A stretch of 61,479 bases of DNA, counting the filler. It is 8 parts of 8 records of this genome, joined end to end, with 100 filler letters (N's around TTAATTAATTAA, not from the genome) between each part and the next. Parts side by side here need not be neighbours in the genome. Positions count along the whole stretch, not along the records: positions 50,143 to 56,320 come from SRR31156797_21875; positions 56,421 to 61,479 come from SRR31156797_21892; 6 more parts are not named here. One strand, 5' to 3'. Numbering within the stretch: the stretch's first letter is position 1; the number at the start of each line of letters is the position of its first letter. The translations under genes and the position numbers were made by a program. Shown in pieces: positions 50,167 to 61,192 of this stretch. The notes under the pieces were generated by a model. The model ran no database searches. It was not told the DNA's origin and saw only the letters and a program-made list of their open reading frames with translations.

Positions 50167-51708
50167 ATGAACATGCCTTATTTGCATGAGGTGTTCCGCG
50201 AGGCCGCGCAGAAGTTCGGTTCGCGGCCCGCCTTCGACGACCTGCGCAGCCGCTTCTCTTTCACCCAGGCCCTGGAGCGGGCCGAAGCCCTGGCCGGGTC
50301 CCTGGAGCATCTGGGGCTGAGGCCCGGAGACCGTGTAGCCATCCTGGCTGAAAACTGCATCGACTACATGATGTATCACTACGCGACGGCCATGCTGGGC
50401 GCGATGCTGCTGCCTTTGAACACTCGCCACACCAATGCGGAACGTTTGTGGATCGTCAACAATGCCGAGGCTGGAGCCCTGGTGACGGACGAAGCCCACG
50501 AATCTAACCTGGTTGAACTGAAGGCCGGATGCCCGTCAATCCGGGTCACTATCGGCATCGGCGCTGTTGAGGCGGCCGAAGCGTCAACAGATGATCTGGC
50601 CGGCGAAGCCAGGGACCTGAGGGATCCTCCGCCCATGGCCGAAACCGATCCTGTCCTGCTGATCTACACCAGCGGAACCACAGGCCGGCCCAAAGGAGCA
50701 TTCCAGACCCACCAGGGGTCGACCATGATCGACAGGCTAACAGCCGATGCGCTGGACCTGGCCGCGGACGACGTATATTTCGCGGTCATGCCATATTTTC
50801 ACCAAGCCGGCCTGATCCGCAGCCGGGCGACTTTTCTGCGCGGTGGACTGAATCTTGTTCCTGGCAAAACGGACCTGGGGAACCTGGCCTCGGTTATCGA
50901 CGAAAAGGACGTCTCGGTGACCATGCTTGTGCCGCCCATGGACGCCCTACTGATCGACGAAGCCGAGCGCAAGGGATTAAAGTTGAAATCGTTACGGATG
51001 ATTATTGGCGGGGGCGGCATGGCCCAAGAGCACGCAAAGCGTATGCAGTCTTTCTGCCGTTTGTTCGACTGCAGTTACGTGGGAGTGTACGGTCAGACCG
51101 AGGCCACCGGTCCGGTGACCGTGGTCCGGGACGACGAATATTTTCTTAACCCATATACCTGCGGGCGTCCCATGCCCGGCATAGATATTCAAATCTGGGA
51201 TGACGAAAAGCGCGCCTTGGACGCCAGTGAGGTTGGAGAGATCATGATCCGCGGTCCCAACACGTCGCCCGGGTACTGGCGGAACGACAAGGCCAACGCA
51301 GAGTTGTACACCGGCCCCTGGCTTCACACCGGCGACCTGGGGCGTCTGGATGATGACGGGTTTCTATACATCGCGGGCCGAAAAAAGGAACTGATCAAGA
51401 CCGGGGGCGAAAATGTATATCCACGCGAGGTGGAAGAAGTGCTGACCCATCACGAGGCCGTGGCGGATGTGACGGTCATCGGCCTGCCGGATCCCGGCGG
51501 GTGGGGGGAAGAGGTTACCGCGGTGATCGTGCCTCGGAAGAACATGCAGGTTTCCCTGGAGGACATCCGGAGTTTCTGTCGCGACAAGATCGCCGGGTAC
51601 AAAATTCCCAAGGAAATCTTTCTGGTGGAGACCATCCCCCGCAATGCAACCGGCAAGGTGAAAAAGGTGGAGTTGAAAGAGGAAATCATACAGCGGAAAT
51701 CCGATTGA
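50167..51708 (+). CDS. Long-chain fatty-acid/acyl-CoA ligase
   Basis: YTSGTTGRPKG, YGQTE, LHTGDLG, GRKKELIKTGGENVYP, TGKV. Confidence 0.92.
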   Translation: MNMPYLHEVFREAAQKFGSRPAFDDLRSRFSFTQALERAEALAGSLEHLGLRPGDRVAILAENCIDYMMYHYATAMLGAMLLPLNTRHTNAERLWIVNNAEAGALVTDEAHESNLVELKAGCPSIRVTIGIGAVEAAEASTDDLAGEARDLRDPPPMAETDPVLLIYTSGTTGRPKGAFQTHQGSTMIDRLTADALDLAADDVYFAVMPYFHQAGLIRSRATFLRGGLNLVPGKTDLGNLASVIDEKDVSVTMLVPPMDALLIDEAERKGLKLKSLRMIIGGGGMAQEHAKRMQSFCRLFDCSYVGVYGQTEATGPVTVVRDDEYFLNPYTCGRPMPGIDIQIWDDEKRALDASEVGEIMIRGPNTSPGYWRNDKANAELYTGPWLHTGDLGRLDDDGFLYIAGRKKELIKTGGENVYPREVEEVLTHHEAVADVTVIGLPDPGGWGEEVTAVIVPRKNMQVSLEDIRSFCRDKIAGYKIPKEIFLVETIPRNATGKVKKVELKEEIIQRKSD

Positions 51709-51749
51709 GTCCGCGTCCGTTCTTTCCCGGTTAATAATGTTAAATGATC

Positions 51750-51772
51750 AAGGGCGCGGATTCGCGCCCTTT
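51750..51772. terminator. Terminator hairpin between convergent genes
   Basis: AAGGGCGCG-GATT-CGCGCCCTT. Confidence 0.7.
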
Positions 51773-51803
51773 GCTTTTATCAAGGACTACATTGGCCTGA
51801 AGC

Positions 51804-52556
51804 CTATCGCAGTCGTTTGAAAATTGTCTTTACCGGCGCGCCATACTGTGTGTTGACTACTGTCAATGTGTCGCCGTCCTCGCTCAATTGAAATGTCGAT
51901 ATGACCACGGTTCCAGGAGGCATGACGCCGCCCGGACATGTATTGGTGGTCATGGTCATTTTCACGTTGGGGCCTTCCACCGAATCCATGGTAAGCAGGT
52001 TGTAGCAAACATCGGTTATGGAATAAAAACTCGCCCCGGTAATTACCGTGTAGGCCGGCGCCTGATTCATCAACTCTTCACTGACGTAGGTATGGGTTCT
52101 GTTCCAGATTCCGCAAAAAGGATGGCTGCAGGGAGGCTCGCCCGATCCATGCATTATCAGCCGGACATAAACCCTTTTTAATTCTCCTTCCCCGGTCAGG
52201 GCGGACAAGGTCATCTTTTTCCAGTCCTGGGAAATATTATAAGTGAACACAATTTCAGAGCCCGAACTGAAACTTCCAGTGCAGGAACCGACGCCGACGG
52301 TCACCCTCATATTATCGCCGGTTACAACCATTGGTCCGCCATAGGCGCAGGCTTTCTCCGGCGGCGCTTCGGTTATAGAGTTAAAGGCTGTGGCTGATAT
52401 TACAAGAGTCTCGGAAAGGCCGGCGACGGGCGCGCCGTTCAAATAAGCTTTTTCAAGAACCCATGTGCCTGCATAATCCGGGGCCGCAAGTGCATGGCCG
52501 CAAGTCATAAGAATCATAAATGTAATCATTATCGCGAATACAGGTTTATTTTTCAT
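51804..52556 (-). CDS. Secreted protein with two lipocalin-like domains
   Basis: GGAGG SD before ATG 52556; signal peptide; two halves starting GTW/GIW, each with two aligned Cys. Confidence 0.7.
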   Translation of the reverse strand: MKNKPVFAIMITFMILMTCGHALAAPDYAGTWVLEKAYLNGAPVAGLSETLVISATAFNSITEAPPEKACAYGGPMVVTGDNMRVTVGVGSCTGSFSSGSEIVFTYNISQDWKKMTLSALTGEGELKRVYVRLIMHGSGEPPCSHPFCGIWNRTHTYVSEELMNQAPAYTVITGASFYSITDVCYNLLTMDSVEGPNVKMTMTTNTCPGGVMPPGTVVISTFQLSEDGDTLTVVNTQYGAPVKTIFKRLR

Positions 52557-52603
52557 AGTCGCCTCCCATGGATTGATATTACGCTTGTGCGGGAAATGTC
52601 GGT

Positions 52604-53092
52604 CTATTCTTTTTTGGAATCTACGATTCCGAGAAGAACAAGGGCGCAGACAGGCACAGGGATCGTCCCCTTTATAATCCACGTATTTTCAAGCCTGGCG
52701 CCGATTTTTAAAGACCATTCACCTTTTCTATAAACCCAGGTATTGGTCGGCCTGGCCCCTATTTTCAAGCGAAGCTCTTCTCCGGTCCACTCCCAGGTGT
52801 TGTCCGGCCTGGCGCCGAATCTCGGCTTAAATAATTCTCCGTTCCATTCAAATGAGTCATGGACGTAAGATCCGTATTTTCTCTTGAGCATCCGGCCGTC
52901 AAAAGTCCATATGTTATCGAGTGCGGCGCCGACCTTCAACTTAAGCTCGCCGCCTTTCCATATGTAAGTGTTGGAAAATGTCGCTCCGATTACGGGTTTC
53001 ATCAAGCCTTCAGCCATAGCCGCGGAAGAAATGGTCATGGTCGCGCAGAATAAGATAAGAGCTTTTATTCCGGCCTTTAACAAAAAGGGCAA
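52604..53092 (-). CDS. Secreted protein made of six 19-aa repeats
   Basis: GGAG SD before TTG; signal-like N-terminus; repeat LKxKxGAxxxNTWxWxGxx. Confidence 0.75.
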   Translation of the reverse strand: MPFLLKAGIKALILFCATMTISSAAMAEGLMKPVIGATFSNTYIWKGGELKLKVGAALDNIWTFDGRMLKRKYGSYVHDSFEWNGELFKPRFGARPDNTWEWTGEELRLKIGARPTNTWVYRKGEWSLKIGARLENTWIIKGTIPVPVCALVLLGIVDSKKE

Positions 53093-53135
53093 GCCGATTA
53101 TCTCCAGGAAATGATTTCTTCCGGTTTATTCATTT

Positions 53136-54581
53136 CTACTGTTTGGCCTGCAGTTTTCTGAGCCGCACAGGGCCGTCCGCATCGTTTGGTTTTAGCTCGA
53201 TAAATTTTTTCATATCCTGTATCGCTTCGGCCAGTCTGCCCGCTTTTTCGTGAACCAGGCTTCGGTCCCAGTAGGCGTTGCCGTGATCGGGCTGCATTTT
53301 TATCGCCTTATTATAGTCGGCGAGAGACTTTGCCAAATCGCCCTTAAGCCTCAGGGCATTGCCCCTGTTTCTGTATAAATACGCCTTGTTGGGACTCAAT
53401 TCGATCGCCCGGCTGTAATCATTCACTGCCTTAGCCAAGTCGCCCTTTTTTCTCCAGCAAAAGGCCCTCTGGTTAAAGGCGTAATCATCCGGCCGAATAT
53501 CGATGGCCCGGCTGAAATCCGCTATGGCCAAATCGTATTTCCTGTTTATGCGGTAAGCTATCCCGCGGTTAACGTAGGCTCGCTGAAATTCAGGTTCAAG
53601 TTCAATGGCCTTGGTGTAGTCCGTGATAGCTTGGTCGACATTCCCCTTCTGCCGATAGGCGACTCCACGGCTGCTGTATGCTTCGGCATGATTGGGATCA
53701 AACTCCACCGCCTTGGTGTAGTCGGCAATAGCCGCATCCAGCATTCGCTTTTGCCAATAAGCCAATCCCCGGTTGTAATAAGCATTTGCATAATCCGGCT
53801 TTATTTCAATCGCCTTGGAAAAGTTGGCAATGGCAAGATCATTGTTTTTTTGTTTTTTATATATAAGCCCCCGGTTAAAATACGGATACACATAATCCGG
53901 CTTGAGTTCCAAAGCCTTTGTAAAGTCGTTAAGCGCCATTGAATACTTGCCGGCGTTCATATAAACAAGACCCCGGTTATTATACGCCGACTCCCATTTC
54001 GGCTTGAGGGAGATGGCCTTGCTATAGTCCCGGAGTGCGGGTTCCAGTTCACCCTTGACGTCATGGTCGTATGCCCGGTTGTAATAAGCCTGGGCCAGGT
54101 CGTTATTGCTCAGATCGCCCGACTCAATGGCCAATGTGGCCAGCCTGATCCCTTCATCGGGCGAAGCAGCTTCAGCCGAAGCGTTCAAATAGTCTATACC
54201 CGATTTCTTGGGAGGGGTTGGTATAGGCCTAGGTTTGGCCGGAACATTCCGGGCGTCGGGCTGAGTATTTTCTTTTTTGACTATTTTCCTTGGCGGCTCC
54301 GGCTCTTTTTCATTTTCGAACAAGTCGAAAATGTAATCATCAAGCAACTCTTCTATCGTCCTGGAAATCGAATCGGGCGTTTCATCGAGTTCCGCCAAAA
54401 GGTCATGGCCAAAATCGGACTTGGCCGCGATCACATAACCCGCGAAAACAATCACGGCCAGGATTACTATTTTTCGAAGAAACCGGTTGAATCCGCTTGA
54501 TTCAAAAGATCGGCCGCAAAAATTGCAATACATGCCGGAAGGACTGCCTGCCTCCCCGCATTTTGGACAATATATAGGCAT
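53136..54581 (-). CDS. Zinc ribbon-TM-TPR protein
   Basis: CPKCG...CNFCG, TM helix, about 9 TPR units (AYYNRG...AIADYTKAIEL.P). Confidence 0.88.
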   Translation of the reverse strand: MPIYCPKCGEAGSPSGMYCNFCGRSFESSGFNRFLRKIVILAVIVFAGYVIAAKSDFGHDLLAELDETPDSISRTIEELLDDYIFDLFENEKEPEPPRKIVKKENTQPDARNVPAKPRPIPTPPKKSGIDYLNASAEAASPDEGIRLATLAIESGDLSNNDLAQAYYNRAYDHDVKGELEPALRDYSKAISLKPKWESAYNNRGLVYMNAGKYSMALNDFTKALELKPDYVYPYFNRGLIYKKQKNNDLAIANFSKAIEIKPDYANAYYNRGLAYWQKRMLDAAIADYTKAVEFDPNHAEAYSSRGVAYRQKGNVDQAITDYTKAIELEPEFQRAYVNRGIAYRINRKYDLAIADFSRAIDIRPDDYAFNQRAFCWRKKGDLAKAVNDYSRAIELSPNKAYLYRNRGNALRLKGDLAKSLADYNKAIKMQPDHGNAYWDRSLVHEKAGRLAEAIQDMKKFIELKPNDADGPVRLRKLQAKQ

Positions 54582-54793
54582 GATCTTTTACTCCTTATTC
54601 ACGTGTTGCTTCCCAAAAGACGCTGCTTACATTATTTCCGCCATAATGTATCAAGTAAAATATAAATAATTATTTTCAGGATTCCAACCTGACCTGTGAA
54701 GAGTTTAACATTGCCGCCAATAAAAAGCGCATCTGGTTAGGGCCGACACGGCTATGAACGGTTATTGTATTTCAAATCATCTATCACAAATAA

Positions 54794-55057
54794 CTACTCG
54801 GACAACTTTTCCTTGCCGTCTTCGATTATCTGCTCCAGCTTTTCCTTGCCCTGATCCAGCATTTTTTCATATAAATCTTTTATTTCACCAGAAAAAAAGT
54901 ATATGCCGGCGACCATGGCAATGATAACTATAAGGCATCCGCCTAAACAGCCCAAGCATCCGCCGCCGCCTTTTTTGAGCGGCGCCCCGCAGCCCGGGCA
55001 ATTCCTGGCCTTGTCGCTTATTTGTTGACCGCATTCAGGACAATTTTGCAGAGCCAT
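54794..55057 (-). CDS. Small zinc-ribbon membrane protein
   Basis: GGAGGT SD before ATG 55057; CPECG...CPGCG; GCLGCLGGC plus TM. Confidence 0.8.
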   Translation of the reverse strand: MALQNCPECGQQISDKARNCPGCGAPLKKGGGGCLGCLGGCLIVIIAMVAGIYFFSGEIKDLYEKMLDQGKEKLEQIIEDGKEKLSE

Positions 55058-55290
55058 TTCTTTTACCTCCCGATAAGACCAATCGTCCCGCAAGTAAAAA
55101 AGGGAATATGGTAAGGGCTGTCAATAATTGAAATTATTGACTCTTTAGAATCAAGCGCGGCGGCGGAGCGACAACGATGATTCGTATAAAACGCCCTGTT
55201 AAACAAGATGCAATACTCTTGACTGCCTGCCTCAATGAAGTTTACTTTACTATATATGTCCCTGTCCATAGTTACAACCAATGAAAGGTT

Positions 55291-56320
55291 ATGGAAATGT
55301 CTTCTTTCAAGACGCAAAACCCAAAATACATCCCGTCATTTTGTATCATTGCCCTACTTCTTTGCCTGCTGTTTTTTTCAAATGCCCGGGGAGCTGTTTC
55401 TCCCCCGGCTGTAGCAGTCGAAGTTTCGGGACCGGCTCACTTCATAACCGAAGAAGGACAATATAAAACCTTGAGCAAAGGCCGGTTTCTGGAAGACGGG
55501 CAGACAATAGAAACAGGCGCCGGGGGACGGGTTAAATTAAAGTTGCGTGACGGTTCTTCCGTTGAAATTTTTGAAAAGGCGCGACTTGAAGTCAACGAAC
55601 TTGTCACTGAGGAGGAAGATAAAAGCGAGACATCGCTTGCTCTGATACTAGGCCACATTGAAATGAAGATAAAAAAATTGTTCGCTCCGGAAATTGTTGT
55701 GACTCCGACCATGATAGCCGGAGTTCGCGGTACGGAATTTTCCGTCAGCGTTGCCGAGGACGGATCTTCCATCGTATCGGTCGGCCAGGGTAAAGTATCC
55801 GTTTCGTCAGGCGACGAACCGGATGCGGAAAAAGGCGTTCTTTTGTCAGCGGACCAGGAAGCCAGGGCCGATGCCATAGGCCAAAGGCTGCAAGCTCAAA
55901 AACGTCAAATCAGATCTTTCAAGGATGCCAAGGCATTCAGGAAGAAGAGACTGAAACAGTTTATACCCATGCTGCCGAAGGCTGTTGGAAAACTGGAAAA
56001 CGGCATTGATAAAAGAATTAGCAGAATGGAAAACATTTCCGCCGCAATCGATAGAAAAGTCCAAAAAATAGACGCCTTGATAAAGGAGGCCAAAAGCCTT
56101 AAGCAACGTGAAAGAAAAAAACTGAGAAAAATAAAAATGCAGCTTAAGCCTGAAATTCAGGCATTGTTCAAAAACGCCAAGGCATTCAAGATCCAGGGCA
56201 TGCGCCTTAAAGCTTTGTACTCAAGAACCGCCGGGCTCAAGAAGATTCTGCCTGATATAAAAGACAAACTTGGAGATAATTACCAGCTGGTTGAAGGAAA
56301 GCTGGAAAGTATTTTAAACA
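55291..56320 (+). CDS. FecR-domain protein with helical C-terminus (3' truncated)
   Basis: IETG.GGRVKL...DGSSVEI; TPTMIAGVRGTEFSV. Confidence 0.8.
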
Positions 56321-56493
56321 NNNNNNNNNNNNNNNNNNNNNNNNNNNNNNNNNNNNNNNNNNNNTTAATTAATTAANNNNNNNNNNNNNNNNNNNNNNNN
56401 NNNNNNNNNNNNNNNNNNNNTTATAGACATAAACCCGATTCTAAATAAATCAATGTGGAAATTTACGCACATCATTATAAAAACGAGGGGATT

Positions 56494-56982
56494 ATGATAA
56501 ACTTATTTATACGCAGATTTAAAGAAAGTGATGCCAATCAACTATCAAAGATTATTCAACGAAACTTTCTTGAAGTAAATATTAAAGATTATTCTATAGA
56601 GGATATGGAAAAACTAGCTGGAATATTCAATGAAGAGAAAATAAAGAAATTAGGTGAATTGACTCATTCTTATACTGCCTGTATTGGTGAAAGAGTAGTC
56701 GGCTGCGGGGCAATATCGGAGTATTTAGCTCAACCGGATCAAAGTATTTTACTTACAATTTTTGTTTCACCAGATTTTCATAATCAAGGAATTGGAAGAA
56801 AAATCATTGAGACTTTGGAACAAGATGAACTTTTTTTAAGAGCTAAAAGAATAGAAATTCCATCATCTATAACAGCATGTGAGTTTTACAGAAAACTCGG
56901 ATATGATTATAAAAATGGAATTAAAGAAATTGATAATGAAGGGCATTATAAATTAGAAAAATTTAATACTCCTTCTAAATAA
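56494..56982 (+). CDS. GNAT acetyltransferase
   Basis: GAGGGG SD before ATG 56494; FVSPDFHNQGIGRK; FYRKLGY. Confidence 0.85.
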   Translation: MINLFIRRFKESDANQLSKIIQRNFLEVNIKDYSIEDMEKLAGIFNEEKIKKLGELTHSYTACIGERVVGCGAISEYLAQPDQSILLTIFVSPDFHNQGIGRKIIETLEQDELFLRAKRIEIPSSITACEFYRKLGYDYKNGIKEIDNEGHYKLEKFNTPSK

Positions 56983-56985
56983 CTA

Positions 56986-57028
56986 TAATATAAAAACTCT
57001 CCACTAAAAATGGAGAGTTTTTATATTA
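56986..57028. terminator. Bidirectional terminator
   Basis: 18-bp IR TAATATAAAAACTCTCCA / TGGAGAGTTTTTATATTA. Confidence 0.75.
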
Positions 57029-57033
57029 AAGAA

Positions 57034-57816
57034 TTATAAATTTGTTCCTTGGAATATTTCCTGCATCTCTTTTTTAAGGAGTTTTTTAACTTTTGCTTTT
57101 TCATTATTAGGTAGATCTTTTTTAGTTATTCCAAACAAATAATCATCTAAATCAAATTTCTTTAGACACATCTTAGTATGATAAATATTTTCCTGATAAA
57201 TATTCACATCAAACATATTATAGTGTGATTTAGTTTCCGGTCTAATAAAGTTCTGTATTGAGTTAATTTTATGATCAATATAGTGTTTTCTTCCATTTAC
57301 GTCTCTTGTAAATCCACGAACTCTATAATCAAGATTAACTATATCAGTATCAAAACTATCTAATAAGTAGTTTAGAGCTTTTAATGGTGATATTCTACCA
57401 CATGTTGATACATCAATATCTGCTCTAAAAGAGCTGATTCCCTCTACAGGGTGCTGCTCGGGATATGTGTGAACTGTAATGTGACTTTTATCCAGATGTG
57501 CAACGACGGAGTCTTTTTCAACTAATTTCCCATCTTCTTCCATCTCATCTTCTGAAACAAGAATTGTAACACTTGCTCCTTGCGGTTCATAATCCTGACT
57601 AGCAATGTTTAAAATATTTGCACCAATAATTTTTGATACATTTGTCAATATTTCAGTAAGTCTTTCTGCATTATATTGTTCATCAATATAATCGATATAT
57701 GCCTGCTTATCTTCTGCAGTTTTAGCATAACAAATATCGTACATATTGAAGCTAAGTGTTTTAGTTAAATTATTAAAACCATGTAGTTTTAGTTTTTTAA
57801 TAGGTCTTACATCCAT
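57034..57816 (-). CDS. speD: S-adenosylmethionine decarboxylase proenzyme (E. coli-type)
   Basis: [23 protein letters not shown], cleavage site [20 protein letters not shown]. Confidence 0.95.
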   Translation of the reverse strand: MDVRPIKKLKLHGFNNLTKTLSFNMYDICYAKTAEDKQAYIDYIDEQYNAERLTEILTNVSKIIGANILNIASQDYEPQGASVTILVSEDEMEEDGKLVEKDSVVAHLDKSHITVHTYPEQHPVEGISSFRADIDVSTCGRISPLKALNYLLDSFDTDIVNLDYRVRGFTRDVNGRKHYIDHKINSIQNFIRPETKSHYNMFDVNIYQENIYHTKMCLKKFDLDDYLFGITKKDLPNNEKAKVKKLLKKEMQEIFQGTNL

Positions 57817-58096
57817 TTATTTTTTTCTCCTTCTTAATAAAATATATATGCTTTATTTGAAATAAATGCTTTTCCAAATTATAGCAAAGAATGAAGAGTT
57901 AAACAATCAATTTTTTTATAAAATTAAATATTTTTTTTAGAAATACTAAACATCGATTTATTTAATTCTCATGTGATTAATTCGAAAAAAATAAAAATAT
58001 AATAGGAAATAAGAAAAAATTAAGTAAAACTAATAGAGGGTAATTAATTTGAAGTTTAATATTGAATATAAATAGATATTAAAATAAAGCATATGA

Positions 58097-60061
58097 GTGA
58101 GGTGGTTGTGCATGAGAGAAAGTGAAAAACTAGCAATTAAAATATTTTCTATGATTTTTTTAATAAGTAGTGGAATTATATATTTTATGTTTTTAATGAC
58201 AAATAGATCCGAAATAAGTAGTATTAAATCAAGAGAAAGAATTGAATTAAGCGGACACAACTCTGTTGTAGTTCGAATAATAAACTCATTAACTTCGGAT
58301 GCGCTTTTTTTATCTAAATTACCTGATGTGAAGCATAAAGATGATACTTTACATATTGCAGAAAGTTTCCTTCAATTTTCAGATTCGAAGAAAATATATG
58401 ATCAAGTTAGATTATTAAATGAAAATGGAGAAGAGGAAGTTAGAATTAACTGGAATAATGGAGATCCTGAAATAATTGAAAAAAGAAAATTGCAAAACAA
58501 AAAAGGAAGATATTATTTTGATGATACAATTAAACTTTTGGATGAACAAATATTTATATCACCACTTGATTTAAATATAGAAAGAGGTGAAATTGAAGAG
58601 CCATTTAAACCTATGCTTAGAGTAGGGACACCAATCTTTGATCATAATAAAAGTATAAGCGGTATTATATTGTTAAATTATTTTGCTAAAGATTTAATAG
58701 ATGAATTAAAGAGTAATATTAAAGCTGAATATAGTGAAATCCAAATGCTGAATGAAGAGGGGTACTGGCTTTACTCTAATAAAAAAGATGAAGAGTGGGG
58801 CTTCATGTTTCCCGAAAAAACAGATAGAATATTTTCTAACAAATATTCAGAAAAAATATGGAAGCAGATAAATGAAAAAAATTCAGGGCAATTGGATACT
58901 GAATTTGGTTTATTTACTTATAGTACAGTTTTTCCATTAAGTATATCACATTCCTCTTCAACAGGTGCAGGGAATGCATATGACTCAAGTTCTAATAATG
59001 TTGAGTGGTTAAATTACAAATGGAAATTAGTTTCTTTTATTCCCAAGGATAAATTAAAAAACCTGACATGGCCAATTAGAAGAAATTATTTCTTTCCTTG
59101 GCTTGCATTTACTATTTTTGCAGCTTTTATCTCATATATTTTGTCCAAAAATATAGTTCGGCGTAAACTGGCAGAACAAAAAAGGTTGGATGTTGAGAGA
59201 AAATACAGAGTTTTATTTGAAGAAGCTAGCGAAAGTATAGTAGTAACTAAAAAAGAACAAACGATTATGGCAAATGCAAGAACTGAAAAATTATTTGAGT
59301 ACAGTGAAGAAGAACTTTTAAGCACACCTATTCAAGCTTTATTTCATACAGAGGATAGAAAAGTTGTTACACAAAATCAAATTAAGCAAATTAATGAAAA
59401 TATTGAATCAATGGTTTTTGAAGCACGTATACTTACTAAAGCAGGTAATACGAAATGGGCAGAAATAAGATCGACAAAAATGGATTTACGTAATGAAGGA
59501 GTTTTACTTTACTTCTTTTTGGATATAACTGATAGGAAAGAATTAGAATTCCAGTTACGTGAATTAGCAACTACTGATCCTTTAACAGGTTGCTACAATA
59601 GGAGATATTTTACTAATGAACTTGAGAGAGAAATAACTCGTTCCAGAAGACTAAATTTCAATTTATCTGTTGTAATGTGTGACTTAGATAAGTTTAAGGG
59701 AATAAATGATACTTTTGGTCATGATATAGGAGATTTAGTACTTAAGAAATTTATTCAATTAACCAATAAAGAAATTCGAACAATTGATACTCTAGGAAGG
59801 CTTGGAGGAGAAGAGTTTGCAATAATTTTACCTAATTGTAATGAGACTAATGCATTTAACTGCGCGGAAAGAATTAGATTGGAGTTGCAAAGATGTGTTA
59901 TTACTCCAAATAGTATGGTTGAAAAAGTTTGCTTTACATCCAGTTTTGGAGTTTCAGAGCTCAAAGATTTTGATGATGTCGCTAGTATTTTGAAAAAAGC
60001 TGATAATGCACTATATAAAGCTAAAGAAAGCGGAAGGAATAAAACGATTATCTCTTCATAA
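58097..60061 (+). CDS. Sensor diguanylate cyclase (Cache-like, PAS, GGDEF)
   Basis: Two TMs; YDQVRLL, SPLDLNIE; PAS; DPLTG, DLDKFK, RLGGEEF. Confidence 0.9.
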   Translation: MRWLCMRESEKLAIKIFSMIFLISSGIIYFMFLMTNRSEISSIKSRERIELSGHNSVVVRIINSLTSDALFLSKLPDVKHKDDTLHIAESFLQFSDSKKIYDQVRLLNENGEEEVRINWNNGDPEIIEKRKLQNKKGRYYFDDTIKLLDEQIFISPLDLNIERGEIEEPFKPMLRVGTPIFDHNKSISGIILLNYFAKDLIDELKSNIKAEYSEIQMLNEEGYWLYSNKKDEEWGFMFPEKTDRIFSNKYSEKIWKQINEKNSGQLDTEFGLFTYSTVFPLSISHSSSTGAGNAYDSSSNNVEWLNYKWKLVSFIPKDKLKNLTWPIRRNYFFPWLAFTIFAAFISYILSKNIVRRKLAEQKRLDVERKYRVLFEEASESIVVTKKEQTIMANARTEKLFEYSEEELLSTPIQALFHTEDRKVVTQNQIKQINENIESMVFEARILTKAGNTKWAEIRSTKMDLRNEGVLLYFFLDITDRKELEFQLRELATTDPLTGCYNRRYFTNELEREITRSRRLNFNLSVVMCDLDKFKGINDTFGHDIGDLVLKKFIQLTNKEIRTIDTLGRLGGEEFAIILPNCNETNAFNCAERIRLELQRCVITPNSMVEKVCFTSSFGVSELKDFDDVASILKKADNALYKAKESGRNKTIISS

Positions 60062-60153
60062 ATCAAAAAGAGTACAGGCATATCCTCTTTTGCTTATAGG
60101 AGGAAATGGAGTATAATATATAAAAATAGAACAAAAAAATTACGGAGGATACA

Positions 60154-60843
60154 ATGAGAAGATACTTAATTAATAATTTATACAACATGCGAGATTTAGG
60201 AGGTTATCCTACCACTGACGGAAAATATACAAAGTTTTCAAGGTTAATTCGAAGTGATAGTGCCAAGAAATTTACAGAAAATGAAATTAATATTATTAAT
60301 GATTTAAAAATAACACAGGTAATTGATCTGAGAACAGAAAAGGAAACGATAACTAAACCAAGTGAATTTGGAAAAATAGAAAATATCGACTATTACATTT
60401 GCTCTTTTAATACCGGGGATATTGCACCGAATGAAGAGGAAGATATTGCAAGTGGTTATCTGGCAATGTTTGAGGATTTTGAAACTGTTAGCAGAGTTTT
60501 AAATTTAATAGCTCAAAATGCTTATGGTGGGACTATTTATCACTGTGCAGTGGGTAAAGACCGTACCGGAATAATTAGTGCAATATTACTAAAGATCTGT
60601 AACGTTCCTATTGAAGATATTTTAGCTGATTATCAGATTTCATACACTTATTTGAAATCATTTGTTGATAAACTACATATTGAATATCCAAGTTTACCTG
60701 AATGGCTGGGTCAGTCAAAACGTGAATATATGGCAGAAGCCTTTCAACTTCTTGAAGAGAAATACGGGAGTTTTGAAGAATATTTAGATAATTTAGATAT
60801 TAATAATTCTACGATTCAAAATATAAAAAAAATACTTATATAA
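60154..60843 (+). CDS. Tyrosine/lipid phosphatase (Y_phosphatase3-like)
   Basis: NMRDLGGY, IDLR, P-loop HCAVGKDRTG. Confidence 0.9.
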   Translation: MRRYLINNLYNMRDLGGYPTTDGKYTKFSRLIRSDSAKKFTENEINIINDLKITQVIDLRTEKETITKPSEFGKIENIDYYICSFNTGDIAPNEEEDIASGYLAMFEDFETVSRVLNLIAQNAYGGTIYHCAVGKDRTGIISAILLKICNVPIEDILADYQISYTYLKSFVDKLHIEYPSLPEWLGQSKREYMAEAFQLLEEKYGSFEEYLDNLDINNSTIQNIKKILI

Positions 60844-60890
60844 ATTTATATATTTAATTTTAGAGCGTTTATTCACCCTAACATCAAACA

Positions 60891-60992
60891 AAATTATTTT
60901 GATTTTCAAAATAATTTATTGTTGAAATAAATTGACGTATCTCTCAAAACTTGATATTATATAACAAATCAAAACATTTTGATTTTCAAAAT
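60891..60992 (+). promoter_or_regulatory. Sigma70 promoter flanked by two identical palindromes
   Basis: TTGACG(60932)-17-TATTAT(60955); ATTTTGA-TTT-TCAAAAT at 60896 and 60976. Confidence 0.7.
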
Positions 60993-61192
60993 AAATTTTA
61001 TTAAGGTGATTAACTGATGAGAAAATTAATAATTATAAATAAAATAAAGGTTGAGATAAAATCTGTTGATGAGGCGGTTGCTCATGTAGAGGTGGGAATG
61101 AAAAAATTGTTGTAGGGTATTAAAAAAATTTCGAGTTAAACTTTGAATAACGAAATACTCGCTTCCCAAAGTGGTGAAGGCAGGGATTAAAA

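Noticed and set aside
52557-52682. ORF-track extension of the 292-aa protein
   Set aside because: It overlaps the upstream gene; a GGAGG SD and signal peptide support ATG 52556.
7238-56420. Recurrent TTAATTAATTAA flanked by Ns as a repeat array, and gene linkage across the gaps
   Set aside because: These are artificial concatenation spacers; adjacent contigs differ in composition and apparent taxon.
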